From Polyangiaceae bacterium (GTDB lineage: Bacteria > Myxococcota_A > Polyangia > Polyangiales > Polyangiaceae): a stretch of DNA of 64,000 bases. Location of the stretch: the NCBI GenBank assembly GCA_965222375.1, contig CBDCTZ010000015.1, positions 1,120,001 through 1,184,000 on the forward strand, in the 5' to 3' direction. The position numbers were made by a program, and so were the translations under genes. Numbering within the stretch: position 1 is the first letter of the stretch; each line of letters begins with the position of its first letter. Positions 9,644 through 20,434 of this stretch are shown in pieces. The notes beneath the pieces are model-generated. The model worked only from the letters and a program-made list of their open reading frames with translations. It ran no database searches and was not told the origin of the DNA.

Positions 9644-12049
9644 ACCTTCCCAGATGGCACGCAGAGCACGCAATTCATCGGACGCGACCGAACGCTGACC
9701 ACGACGCTGCCCGACGGCACCGTCATCACGACCACCGAAGCCCCCGACCCCCGCTTCGGCTTCGCCAGCAAGGTAGTCTCCACCGAAACCCGCACGCCCT
9801 CAGGCCTGGTCCGCACGGAAACCGCCGACCGCAGCGTCACGCTGAGCGATCCGCTCGATCCCCTCAGCCTGCTCACGCAAACAGACACCACGACCATCGA
9901 CGGCCGCGTCACCACGAGCGTCTTCGACCGCGCCACCTTGACCACCACCACCACCAGCCCCGCCGGCCGCCAGGTCATCACCATCCAAGACGACCAAGGC
10001 CGCACCACCCGCCGCGACGTGCCCGGCATTCTCCCCGTGGACTTCGCCTACGACCTGCGCGGCAGGCTCTCCACCATCACCCAAGGCTCCCGCACCCGCA
10101 CGACCAACTACTTCAACACCACCGACACGCGAAACGGCTACGTCCAGTCCATCACGGACGCGTTGACGCAGACGACCAGCTTCACCCCCGACGCCATCGG
10201 CCGCGTGCTCCAACAGCTCGATCCCGATGGCGCCATCACCAGCTTCGCCTGGGACGGCAACGGAAACCTGACCAGCGTCACGCCCCCCGGCCAGCCCGCC
10301 CACGGCCAAACCTTCACGCCCGTGGACCTACTGGGCAGCTACGATCCGCCCGCCGTGCCCGGCGTGACGACTCCGAGTACACTGTTCAACTACGACCTGG
10401 ACAGGATGCTGACGCAAACCACGAGACCCGATGGATTGCTCATCGGACGCACGTATGACACAGCGGGCAAGCTCGACTTCATGACGACGCCCTCGGGCAC
10501 AGTCGACTACACATATTTCGGGCTGACGCCTTGTCCGGGATGCGCGCCGGGACGGCTCTCTTCCATCACCGACCCGAGCGGGGTCGTGCTCTCGCATACC
10601 TACGACGGGCAGCTCATGTCCTCGATGAGCTGGAGTGGGCCGTTCAGTGGGAGCGTGGCGTTTGGGTACGACAACTCGTTCCGCACGATTTCCGAGACGG
10701 TGACCGTTGGGGCGACCACAAGCCCAGCGTTCTTTGGCTATGACCCTGACGACATCGTCATCTGCGCCTCGCAGACCAGCTGCGCGCCGCCGAGCGCGGA
10801 CGCGCTTGCCGTTGCCCTCGACCCACAGAATGGCCGCGTCACGGGCTCGGCCCTTGGCCTCGTCACCGACACCTGGACCTACAACGCCTATGGCGAGATG
10901 GCTTCGTATGTCGCGACCACCGGAGGCACGACGCTCTTCTCCGAAGTCGTCGACACGGCCACCGACCCTCGCGATCAGCTTGGCCGCATCGTCACTCGCG
11001 TCGAAGCAAACGGCGCCGCGCCCATCACCTGGGACTACAGCTATGACTTGCGGGGCAGGCTGACGGATGTGTTCAAGAACGGCTCCCTCTTCGAGCACTA
11101 CGGATATGATTCAAACGGCAATCGCACGCTGCTTCAGACGAGTTCGTCGTCGATTGTGGGCGCCTATGACGCGCAGGACAGGCTGCTCACGTACGGGACG
11201 CTCTCGTACACGTACACCGCGAATGGCGAGCTCGCCTCGAAGACGGATTCTTCGACATCAGAGACGACGCTCTACCAATATGACGTGCGGGGCAACCTCG
11301 TGCGCGTCGATCTGTCAGGCGGTGACGTCATCGAGTACCTCGTTGATGGCGAAGACCGCCGCGTCGCCGAGAAGCGAAACGGTGTGCTCGAAAAGGCGTG
11401 GCTGTACCGTGACGGGCTCAATCCCGTGGCGGAGCTCGATGGAGCGGGCGCATTGGTTTCCCGTTTCGTCTACGCATCGAAGGCCAACGTGCCTGACTTC
11501 ATGGTGCGCGGAGGCGTCACCTATCGCATCTTGAGCGACCACCTTGGGTCGCCAAGGGCGATTGTCGACGTGGCGAGCGGCACCGCCGCGTGGCGTGCCG
11601 ACTATGATGCTTGGGGCAACCGCACCGTGCTCACGGGCGCAGCGGACTTTGTGCCCTTTGGCTTTGCAGGCGGGCTGCACGACGCAGACACTGGGCTCGT
11701 GCGCTTTGGGGCGCGGGATTACGATCCCGTGACGGGGAGGTGGACGGCTAAGGATCCGATTGGGTTTGCAATAGGGCGTTGGAATCTGTACGCGTACGCA
11801 GTTGGCGATCCAGTGAACCGCATTGATCCAACCGGCTTCTTTGATCAGAAGAAGTGTCGCGAATGCTACTTCAACGCCACCGATCGATTCGAAGTCTGCC
11901 GGAAAAAGTGCTTCCGAGATCACGACCCCCCGATATGTTCGACACCGGCATCTACCGGCGAACGCTACAGGGCCTGTGTCGACAACTGTAAGCAGGAACG
12001 TGCAAGGGCCGAGGATGCCTGTTTTAACGAGGACTTCTGCAAGCGTTGA
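9644..12049 (+). pseudogene. Orphan Rhs C-terminal cassette (YD repeats, core and an alternative Cys-rich tip) with no native N-terminus
   Basis: Begins abruptly mid-YD region as a copy of 4213 onward, reads through the core (DPVNRIDPTG), then a 70-aa tip unrelated to the main gene's tip. Confidence 0.88.
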
Positions 12050-12441
12050 GAACTGTGCAACAGATTCGTTGGCCCATCATGATTGCGGCAGTGACAAGTC
12101 TCTGGTGCATGGACTGCCGGGATCGGTCAAAGCAGTTGGAGCCGCGGAAAGCGGACGCCAGCGGCCTGATTCTCGCGGACCCCACCTCCACGAAGCGCGC
12201 TGCTTCCGAGCCGACTACCAAGACGCAACCTGCAGGAAGCCAACACAGGGCAGCACCACAAGGAGTCGCAAGCGCGAAGAAAGAGTATCCACACGCGGAT
12301 ACGGTTCGTGGCGCGAAGAACTTGTTCGATTCGCTTCGAGATGACCAACGGGCTGGTCGCGCCAGTGAGGAGGACGTTAGGGCAATGGACAGGCTCTGTC
12401 GACGATTCAGGACAGAGTTTGGGCCAAAACGATGTCCGTGA
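12046..12441 (+). CDS. Small hypothetical protein, candidate partner/immunity of the orphan tip
   Basis: TTGA overlap with the orphan stop; hydrophobic N-terminus with Cys; start uncertain. Confidence 0.45.
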   Translation: MRTVQQIRWPIMIAAVTSLWCMDCRDRSKQLEPRKADASGLILADPTSTKRAASEPTTKTQPAGSQHRAAPQGVASAKKEYPHADTVRGAKNLFDSLRDDQRAGRASEEDVRAMDRLCRRFRTEFGPKRCP

Positions 12442-12509
12442 TTTGTAAAACTCAGAACTCCATCTGACAGTCGGCTCGGCTCATGTCGATGTCCGATTCT
12501 GTGTCCTAG

Positions 12510-12724
12510 TGTCCTAGCCCAGCGACATTTTCCGCTCGAAAACAACGCAAAATGACCTCCCATTGGTTCACCGATCTGGCCCTCGCATCAGCGGGAGCAC
12601 AGCGCGCGACGGGCAACTGTCCTAGCCCAGCGACATTTTCCGCTCGAAAACAACGCAAAATGACCCCCATTGGTTCACCGATCTGGCCCTCGCACCAGCG
12701 GGAGCACGGTGCGCGACGGGCAAC
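12510..12724. repeat. Tandem duplication of a 108/107-bp unit starting TGTCCTAG, probably a transposon end
   Basis: Copies at 12510-12617 and 12618-12724, plus an extra TGTCCTAG at 12502-12509; lies just downstream of the transposase stop. Confidence 0.85.
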
Positions 12725-12838
12725 AACAACTCCAAAGGAGCCTCCCTACGCAAATGTGGACGCAAGAGGAAGCAAGCGGACGCAGCTAGCCGTTTGCGCG
12801 CTAACCACGCGCGCACAGAGCCCATGGGACGCACCCGG

Positions 12839-14142
12839 TCAAGCCGCTTCGGCGAGCTGGACGATGGGCAAGTGCTCACGCCTTCGAAAGGGAGTGACGA
12901 CGAGGACGGGAGGCGCACGTGCTTCGAGATCAAGCCTGGACGGAGCAGACGCGTAGCCTCGAAGCTTCTCAATCGGCGTCGCGCCATCGAGCGCTTGGTG
13001 TGGTCTGTGCTCGTTGTACCAAGTGATGTAGGCATCGAGCTCAGCACACATGGCTTGGACGGAAAACGGCACGTGGATGATCCGAAAGGATTCGTTTTTC
13101 ATCGACAGCCAGAAGCGCTCGATGAAAGCGATGCTGCCACTCTTGCCGACGGCGCCGAAGCGGGGCTTGGCTCCGACGCATTTGCACCAGGCACGATACT
13201 TGTTTTGAAACTGCGCCCCCTGGTCACTGATGATGTGCTTGGGCGGCGTAGCGGCGTGCTCTACCGCGCGGGACAGCACGCGACAGACCTCTTCGGCACT
13301 CGGCTGGGCCTTGAAGACGCCTTTGGCGAGCACGACGCGGCTATGCTGATCCATGACGGCGCAAACCCACCAACAGAAAGGCCAGCACTGGGGCACGCTG
13401 AAGGGCAGCCAAGCGGTCCAGAATCCTCCGACGATGGGCACCAAGGTCATGTCCACGTTCCAGACGTGATGGGCATGTCGAGCCCGGACACCATGACGGC
13501 GCGGCGGCGTCGCCGCCTCCGGTCCGCTGGCTTCAGCCGCCTCCGCCGGCGGCGCGTTCGACTCGGGAGCATTCGACTCGGGAGGGCTTGGCGGCTCGGG
13601 CGGCAGCTTTCGCTCTTGCAAACGCTCGACCGTCGAGGCTGCGAGCACGAGCCCAGCCCGAGCGAGCAGCTGAGCCTTGCGCACTTTGCCAAAGCTAGGC
13701 ACCTGGGAGGCCAGCTGCTGCACGACGAGGGCGTAGTAGTCAGGCAACTTGTTGACGGGGTGGGACAAGTCGAGCAGCGCCTGCTGCCCACCTTCATCGA
13801 CGCGCTTGGTCCAGTTGGCGATGGTGGCTGCCGACACCTGGAACACTCTTGCTGTTGCAGCAGCATTCCAGTGAGCCTGCGCTCGCACCGCCAAGATGCT
13901 CATGCGCTCCTTGGGGGCGTAGTGAGGACGCTGAGCCGGCGGGATCCGCGCCATGCGAGCGTCCTTGATGCGCGCCACTTCGGTGAGCAGAGCGCAAGGC
14001 GGACGCGGGACAGACGACTGTTGACGCACCAAGAGTGGCTGCGCACGACGGCATCATGAGCCAAGGCCACGGCACACAGGAAAGCCCGTTGCACACAAGC
14101 CGGCCAAACTTCAGGCACCGGCACCTGCAGATCTTTGCCCAT
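12839..14142 (-). pseudogene. DDE (rve-type) transposase/integrase, frameshifted near ~13995
   Basis: HVWNVDMT, ISDQGAQF, IERFWLSMKNE, YNEHRPHQAL. The likely N-terminus (MGKDLQVPVPEVWP...RVRLA, ATG 14142) is in a different frame from ...RIKDARMARIPP. Confidence 0.8.
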
Positions 14143-14497
14143 GAAATCATGGTCTCGACGGCGCAGCAGCGCGTCAATGGCCGGCACCCGCCTTCACTCA
14201 AGCGGCCCGAGCCAGCCCGATGGCATGCTCATTGTCTATGCCACCCGGCAGCGAAAGGGATGGCGTGACGCAGCTCTGCCTGAGCGCCAGCGCTTCACAC
14301 GCTCCCGGCACGATCATTGTGCATGCCAAGTGCCTCGAAACTTCGCGCAGATGCGCGCACGAAACCGATCAACACAAGGCTCGAACCACGATAAAGTGAT
14401 CCGCTGGGGCCTTCCGATCCCGCGGAACGCGGATGGTCTTTGACAGCTCAACACAGCACGGCCTGCGGCACGAGGCGCCGCAGGCCCACGGCTGAGT

Positions 14498-14848
14498 TCA
14501 CCCGAGGGCTTGGCGCACGAGGGCCACAGCCGCGTCGATGTCGCGGACGACGAGCTCGGCGTCGATACGCAGGACACGCCAACCGGCGCGCTTCAGCGCC
14601 CGGTCCCGGCGGGCATCCCTAGCAGCGAAGCGAGCATGATAAAGGCCATCCACTTCCACGGCTAGACGGCGAGAAGGCGCACACAGGTCAACGATAAACC
14701 GGCCGACAACATACTCACGCCTGAAGCCAGCCCCTAGTTGGCTGCCTTTCAAACGGGACCATAACTTGGCTTCAGAAAACGTCGGATGACGCCTTCGCTC
14801 GTGGGCGAAGCGAGCGATGCGGGGACAAGAGCGAGACGTGCGATGCAT
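14498..14848 (-). CDS. DUF559 / Vsr-like PD-(D/E)XK endonuclease domain protein
   Basis: PTFSEAKLWSRLK...FRREYVVGRFIVDL...LAVEVDGLYH...RDARRDRALKRAGWRVLR; SD gggagg before ATG 14848. Confidence 0.88.
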   Translation of the reverse strand: MHRTSRSCPRIARFAHERRRHPTFSEAKLWSRLKGSQLGAGFRREYVVGRFIVDLCAPSRRLAVEVDGLYHARFAARDARRDRALKRAGWRVLRIDAELVVRDIDAAVALVRQALG

Positions 14849-15186
14849 GAATACCTCCCGGCCCGCCCCAGCGGCTGGGCCTTGCCCACCCATCGCGCGG
14901 GCCGCATGACACGCTCGAGGGAGCTTAGCCGCCGAAACGGCAGCGACCACCTCCGGACCGCTCGCCCGACATCGCGGAGCGTGGCGGGCGGCGTGCGCGC
15001 CTTCGGCGAGGCCCGGCCGCTGGGGCGGGCAGGACGCCAGCCATCGCCGCCGAGCTGCTGTCGGAACACGCTCCTCTCGTGCGACGTTGCAGGAAGTGAA
15101 GCGGCAGCACCAGCGACGGTAGGGCCAGCGTAGTGAGCCTGTGAATACCCAACCGCAAAAGTGGCTATGGGGTGTAGAGTCCCACC

Positions 15187-16161
15187 ATGAAAACGCCGCA
15201 CGACGATTTATTCCAGCTGGTGTTTTCCGACCCCGACAATGCGGTCGGCGAGCTCAAGCACCTGCTGCCACCGGAAGTGAGCCAACGCATCGACTGGACG
15301 ACGCTTCAAAAGCTGCACGTGAACTTCGTCGACGAAGAGTTTTCGAGACGGCGAGCCGACGTGGCCTTTTCGGTCAAGCTCGATGGTCGGCAGGTCGTGC
15401 TTTACCTGCTCTTGGAACACCAGAGCACGTCGGACAACCTGATGGGCTTTCGCCTGTTGTTGTACATGGTCCGGCTCTGGGACGACTATCTCAAGGACCA
15501 CCCCAAAGCCAAGCTCTTGCCCGCCATCATCCCGATGGTGGTCCACCACAGCGAGGACGGCTGGAAAGCGCCGCGGCAGTTTCACGAGCTGCTGGACTTG
15601 GAGCCGGAGACCTTGAAGCTACTCCGACCCTTGCTGCCCCGCTTCGAGTACCTGCTCGACGACCTGTCCGCGGCCGAGTCCGAGGAACTCAAGTCTCGGG
15701 TGATGACGGCCCTGGGCCGGCTGACGCTGCTGAGCTTCAGCCAGGCGCGCAAACAAGTCGATTTGATGCCGCAGCTGGTCAGGTGGCAGGAGCTATTGCG
15801 ACAAGCCAGCGCGGCCCCCAACGGGGTAGCGGCATTGGCGGCGCTGGTGCGCTATATTCTCCACACCAGCAAAACGAACCCCGAGTCGACGCGGCAACTG
15901 TTTCGGCAACTAGGCCCAAGGCTGGAGGAAGCATTCATGACCGGAGCACAGATTCCTACACAGGAGGCTGAAGCACGAGGCAAAGCCGAAGGCAAAGCCG
16001 AAGGCAAGGCCGAAATCGTGCTCAAGCTACTCACGCTGAAATTCGGGCCCCTATCTGCGGAGCAGACTTCGCGTGTGCAAAGCAGTACCATCGAAGAGCT
16101 CGAGCGCTATGCGGAGCGGGTCATCACCGTCGACTCCCTCGACGATGTTTTCGGTCGCTAG
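15187..16161 (+). CDS. Rpn family recombination-promoting nuclease / YhgA-like putative transposase
   Basis: N-terminal PHDDLF, RRADV, LLEHQS, IIPMVVHH; C-terminal GKAEGKAEGKAE...LLTLKFG tail (DUF4351-like). Confidence 0.93.
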   Translation: MKTPHDDLFQLVFSDPDNAVGELKHLLPPEVSQRIDWTTLQKLHVNFVDEEFSRRRADVAFSVKLDGRQVVLYLLLEHQSTSDNLMGFRLLLYMVRLWDDYLKDHPKAKLLPAIIPMVVHHSEDGWKAPRQFHELLDLEPETLKLLRPLLPRFEYLLDDLSAAESEELKSRVMTALGRLTLLSFSQARKQVDLMPQLVRWQELLRQASAAPNGVAALAALVRYILHTSKTNPESTRQLFRQLGPRLEEAFMTGAQIPTQEAEARGKAEGKAEGKAEIVLKLLTLKFGPLSAEQTSRVQSSTIEELERYAERVITVDSLDDVFGR

Positions 16162-16230
16162 ACGCCAGCAGTCTGGGCACGACGCAGCGTAAACCGGTCG
16201 TCGAAGCTTCGCCTCGACGACCAAGCGCCG

Positions 16231-16357
16231 CCCAAAGCACCGCGGTCGCCAGCCAACACGACAACACGACGCCAAGGTCCCTCCCTGCCACGCGCAGCGG
16301 CGCCTGCCGCGCGGTGCAGAGAGTTACCAAGTTGCACTCGCGCGCGCAGGCGCCGCG
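16231..16357. repeat. 127-bp dispersed hairpin repeat, copy 2 (intron-free)
   Basis: Matches 7452-7578; arms gcggcgcctgc-cgcgcg-gtgca / tgcac-t-cgcgcg-c-gcaggcgccgc. Confidence 0.9.
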
Positions 16358-16570
16358 AGCAGCGTACTCCGCGAAAAGTCATCGCGAGGCATCCGATGAG
16401 TGACTTGGGGGGTCAGGAAGCGCTTGCGGCCGACGTTGTCGAAGCGATGGCACAGGTCACCGCGCTCGCTAACACCCTGTCGACGAGTTCAAACTTGTTC
16501 GGGCCAACGGAATCGCCTTGAATATGCACGACTGCCTCGACGCAGCGTGCCGCCTGACAGGTAGAGTCGC

Positions 16571-17060
16571 TCAGGCAGCGCGGCGGTAGTCGTGGTGCAG
16601 GCCGTTCAGGACGGGGAGGGCCACGACCTTGCCCGTAGGTGGCGGCCGTGCTCGCAGCTCGGGATAGGGATCGGGGATCTTGCGGATCGCTTGCGACGGC
16701 CGGGCGTGGTTGTAGTACTGGACGTACTTCTCGAGCACGCGCATCAAGTGACGCAGGTTGAGGAACACAAAGTGATCCAAGACGTGAGACCGAAGGGAAT
16801 CCCTCAGGGACTCGCGCAGGGTGCGATTGAGACGTTCGACGTAGGCATTGGCATTGGGCGCCCGGTACGGGATGGGAATTCCCCGGATGCCCATCACGGA
16901 GTGAAGCCAGAGATCGAGGGCCGACCGGAACGGCCTAGCCTTCACCCGCTTTCGAAACTGCCCGAAGATCCCGTCATTGTCGTGGATAAGAAACCGCGGA
17001 TGCTTGTCGAAGGGACAGGCTTGTCGGATCTGCGCTTTGACCCAAGGCAGGGGGGCATTT
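16571..17060 (-). pseudogene. Integrase-core (rve) transposase C-terminal fragment
   Basis: RFLIHDNDGIFG, PYRAPNANAYVERLNRTLR, YYNHARPSQ, LNGLHHDYRRAA; the N-terminal half is missing. Confidence 0.85.
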
Positions 17061-17433
17061 CGGATACGGGCTCGTGTCGTCCTTCCGTGCACAGCAGTCG
17101 GTGGTGTTGTGTGTTGTGGTCCTCCCGGTCACAGCAGATCCCCTGGTGGTTGTGTGCGACTCGCTCACGAGATGCTCGTTGGGACCGCAGGCCAACGACT
17201 CGGTGACGAGTCGAAGCGGCGGGAGCCGGATGAACGCGGACGCGATCAGGATCCAGTAGACCGCGACGAGCGGGGCGACGAGTGCAAACCACCTCATCGG
17301 AGTCTGAGCTTCCTCCCCCGCTCGGCAGCACGCCAGTGGTTTCTTCGCGCCAACCCGTGTGAGTCGAACCTCCCCCGGCCCCGGGCTAGAATGCTAGGCT
17401 AGCGTCGGGCAGCGAACCGACCCAACCCTCCCC

Positions 17434-18042
17434 TCACTTGCTCGGGCAGTCGACTCCGTAGCACTGATTGAAGGCCGTCACCTGCCCGAACTTGGCGGTG
17501 AACTTGGAGCCATCGGGGCAGTTGATCGTTGCCGTGCCGCTGGTCTGATCGGGAACGTACTTCAATACCTCGCTGCCCTTGGTGGCCGTGATGGTGCCGC
17601 TCTGGACGTCGATGGTGATGCAGGGCGTGCTGCTACCGGGACTGTACATGCCAGGCATGGAGCCGCTACGGACGTACTTGTGACCATCGGACCAGGTGGT
17701 GGTGTCGTTCTGATCGGTGCAGGTGCCGCTGGTATCCGGCTTGTAGCAGCTGGTGAGGAACTTTTCGGCACAGGAACCGAACATGGGGTTGGAGGAATCC
17801 ACGCAGCTCGCTGTCCCGCCTGCAGAACCGCCCGCGCCGGCGTTCCCGGCGCTGCCGGCCGCGCCACCGCTCGCGGAACCCGCTTGCCCACCGCTCGCGG
17901 AACCCGCTTGCCCACCGCTCGCGGAGCCGGCCTGCCCACCGCTCGCGGAGCCGGCCTGCCCACCGGTCGAGCTCGACCCCCCGTCGTCATCCGACGAACA
18001 CCCAAACGCAAAGCACACAAGAAGAAGAGAGATGTTTCGCAT
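17434..18042 (-). CDS. Lipoprotein with Gly-rich 8-aa repeats (GQAGSASG x4) and a Cys-containing domain
   Basis: MRNISLLLVCFAFGC lipobox; 24-bp tandem repeats at ~17860-17965. Confidence 0.75.
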   Translation of the reverse strand: MRNISLLLVCFAFGCSSDDDGGSSSTGGQAGSASGGQAGSASGGQAGSASGGQAGSASGGAAGSAGNAGAGGSAGGTASCVDSSNPMFGSCAEKFLTSCYKPDTSGTCTDQNDTTTWSDGHKYVRSGSMPGMYSPGSSTPCITIDVQSGTITATKGSEVLKYVPDQTSGTATINCPDGSKFTAKFGQVTAFNQCYGVDCPSK

Positions 18043-18227
18043 GCCGCCACCGGATGCAGGCGCCGTTCCAAACGACAAGTGCCGGTATTCGTGGGCATTG
18101 GCACGCTGTTCGGATCCACAGGCATGACATTGCCGACGCAGTGTGGGCTCAGAGCGTTGCTCTAGAGCAACACCTCGAGCGCGGGCTTCACAGGCGCCAC
18201 GCTCGTGGGGTAGCGGCAACGCCGGAT

Positions 18228-20162
18228 TCAGCTACCGTCCGCCTTGCGTGTGTCGCACGCCGTGGCGCTGGAGTCCGCGGCCTCGAAGAAGATGGGATTC
18301 ACGAAGCCAGCGTCGTTGTCGGGGGCTAGCGTCTTATTCTCGCGGATTTGCACCATCACGTAGCCAAGCTTCGCGCCCGCAGGCACGCCGCCGACGCGGT
18401 CGATCGTCGTCGTGCCCGTCCAAACCTGGCCCGCGTTGAGCTTCTTGTCCTGCAGCAACTTCGTCTCGACTCCATTGCGCCAGACGCTCACGTTGTAGTT
18501 GTGGGTTTGGACGGGCTTGACCAGCACCTTCACATCGAAGCTCGTGCGCGCCGGCTGCTCGCAGGCGGGCAGGGTGGAACCGCCCCAATAGTCGTAGAAG
18601 CCGTCACCGTTGGCATCAATGGTGACGTCGGCGACAACCGCCGGGTCCAAGTCTTGTACCACCGTAACGCGCCCCTCGCGCAGTGCTGCGACGACGAGAT
18701 CCGGCGCATTGTTTGCGACCGCTGAGGTTGAGGTCAGCGGCTTCACCCACATGAAGGGCGCGTCCATATGCGTCAGATCGATGATGCCGTGAAAGCTGCT
18801 GCAACCGGTGCTGCCGGTATAGGGCGTGCCGTTCACGTGGCAGTCGGTGCCTGCGATGCCTACCCAACGACGACCGGCTTGCAGACCTTGATCGCGCCAC
18901 CACTCGGGCGCGTTCATGTTGGTCAGCGTCGGATCCGGCGTGTTGACCTCGACTCCATCCACCAAGTCGAGATTGCCGAGCTGCCACTTCATCGGCGGCT
19001 CGATCAGGGCATTCTGGGTCGGGTGGTTGATGAACACCAACCCACCGGCACTCTTGATCTTCTCGATGCTAGCCTTGGTCTCGGCAACGGTCACGGGATC
19101 GTCGCCATGCCCGCGATGATCCGCGCGCTTGCACGGAGCGTCAGGCCCGTCGAACTTGGGACTGTTGACGTCGTGGTTCTCGTCCGAGTCGTCACAGGAA
19201 TCGGGGGGAAGCGGCGTGGCCGTGTGCACCTGCTTCGCCGTCGGCAGGTCCGTGATCTTCGCGGTCTTCGGGATCTGCGGCAGGAAGTTGCCGACGATGG
19301 TCAGGTGGCCCAAAGCGCTCGTCCACTCCATGCCATGCACTACACTAGGGCCATTAGCGTTCGCTTTGTCGTATTTCCGGAACGTATCCGTGTACCAGAG
19401 CCCTACGTTGTCATGATCCGTGACGATCACTGCGCCGATGTTGTGGTCCTTGGCAGCAGCCATGAGCCACTCCAACCCAGACTCCGAGAAGCTGCGCAGC
19501 AACAGCTCGTGACAAGCCTTGTCGTCGCCCAAGGTCTGGAAGCAACCGTTGAACCAATTGATGCGGTTCGCGTACACCGGTCCACCGACGTTGGCTTTGA
19601 CGTCCGCAATCGAATGATTGTGCGACACCACTCGGATCCAACCGTTCTGCCAGGTTGCCGGATCGGCGTAGTCGGGCTTGGCGAGTCGCACCACCGGTCC
19701 TTCAACGCGACAACTACCGTCGACGGTGGCAACTAGTCGCAAGAAGATATCCGGCGACGTCTTGTTCACCGCTGCCGTACCGGAAGCAAGCGTCGCATCC
19801 ACCGGCGCCATCACCGGCGAATACGACGTGCCCGCCGCATCCGGCGAAACTTCCGCGAACACCTGAGTACCCGCAGCGGCTCCGCTCCAAGTCAGCGCAA
19901 CGCTGTAGTCGTCCTTGCCTACGCTCAGCTCGATCTTCGCCGTATCGAGCGTGGGCACCGGCACGTTCGGACACGGACCCGCGTCCGGGAGCGGCAATCC
20001 ACTATCTCCCGCAAAGCCGCCACTACCGGCCGTGCCACCCGCGCCCGCCCCAGCTCCGACGCCACCACTGCCCCCCGGCCCACCACCGCTATCACTTTCG
20101 CCGCACGCAATGGCGATGATGACCGCGCTGGCCCCCGCCCCAATCAACCGAAGTTTCGCCAT
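18228..20162 (-). CDS. PHP-domain (CehA/McbA-like) metallohydrolase lipoprotein
   Basis: HNHS, VTDHD, GMEWT...GH, INHP, GTDCH metal motifs; IAIAC lipobox; SD ggaggt before ATG 20162. Confidence 0.85.
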   Translation of the reverse strand: MAKLRLIGAGASAVIIAIACGESDSGGGPGGSGGVGAGAGAGGTAGSGGFAGDSGLPLPDAGPCPNVPVPTLDTAKIELSVGKDDYSVALTWSGAAAGTQVFAEVSPDAAGTSYSPVMAPVDATLASGTAAVNKTSPDIFLRLVATVDGSCRVEGPVVRLAKPDYADPATWQNGWIRVVSHNHSIADVKANVGGPVYANRINWFNGCFQTLGDDKACHELLLRSFSESGLEWLMAAAKDHNIGAVIVTDHDNVGLWYTDTFRKYDKANANGPSVVHGMEWTSALGHLTIVGNFLPQIPKTAKITDLPTAKQVHTATPLPPDSCDDSDENHDVNSPKFDGPDAPCKRADHRGHGDDPVTVAETKASIEKIKSAGGLVFINHPTQNALIEPPMKWQLGNLDLVDGVEVNTPDPTLTNMNAPEWWRDQGLQAGRRWVGIAGTDCHVNGTPYTGSTGCSSFHGIIDLTHMDAPFMWVKPLTSTSAVANNAPDLVVAALREGRVTVVQDLDPAVVADVTIDANGDGFYDYWGGSTLPACEQPARTSFDVKVLVKPVQTHNYNVSVWRNGVETKLLQDKKLNAGQVWTGTTTIDRVGGVPAGAKLGYVMVQIRENKTLAPDNDAGFVNPIFFEAADSSATACDTRKADGS

Positions 20163-20434
20163 ACCTCCAGGGTACGCGAAGGACGCGATGGCGCGAGCAC
20201 AAATGGGTGAGCGCCGCTGAGCTTGATTGGTTTTTTGGGGTCGCGTAGCTGGCGCAGGCAGGGCCACTAGGCAGAAACAGAAGGGCTCGCTGGCGCCATC
20301 GCGGCCTCGACCTCTCTGCCACCATCCAGCAGTATGGCGCGTTTCCTTCGATGTGGGTCCGGCGAAGCCGGGTGGGTAACTACTCTCGACCCGGGCCGCG
20401 CAGGCGCAGCCTCAACGCAGCCGGCGGCGGGCCA

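Noticed and set aside
12794..14059. 421-aa plus-strand ORF
   Set aside because: Antisense shadow of the transposase, typical of high-GC DNA; the same applies to most overlapping ORFs in the track.
14280..14460. Opposite terminal inverted repeat of the rve element
   Set aside because: No convincing reverse-complement match to TGTCCTAGCCCAGCG was found by eye.
16296..16357. Integron attC site
   Set aside because: Bulged hairpin, but no RYYYAAC/GTTRRRY ends and no intI gene.
16974..17297. Intact membrane protein gene
   Set aside because: The plausible N-terminus runs into the integrase fragment; probably a truncated remnant.
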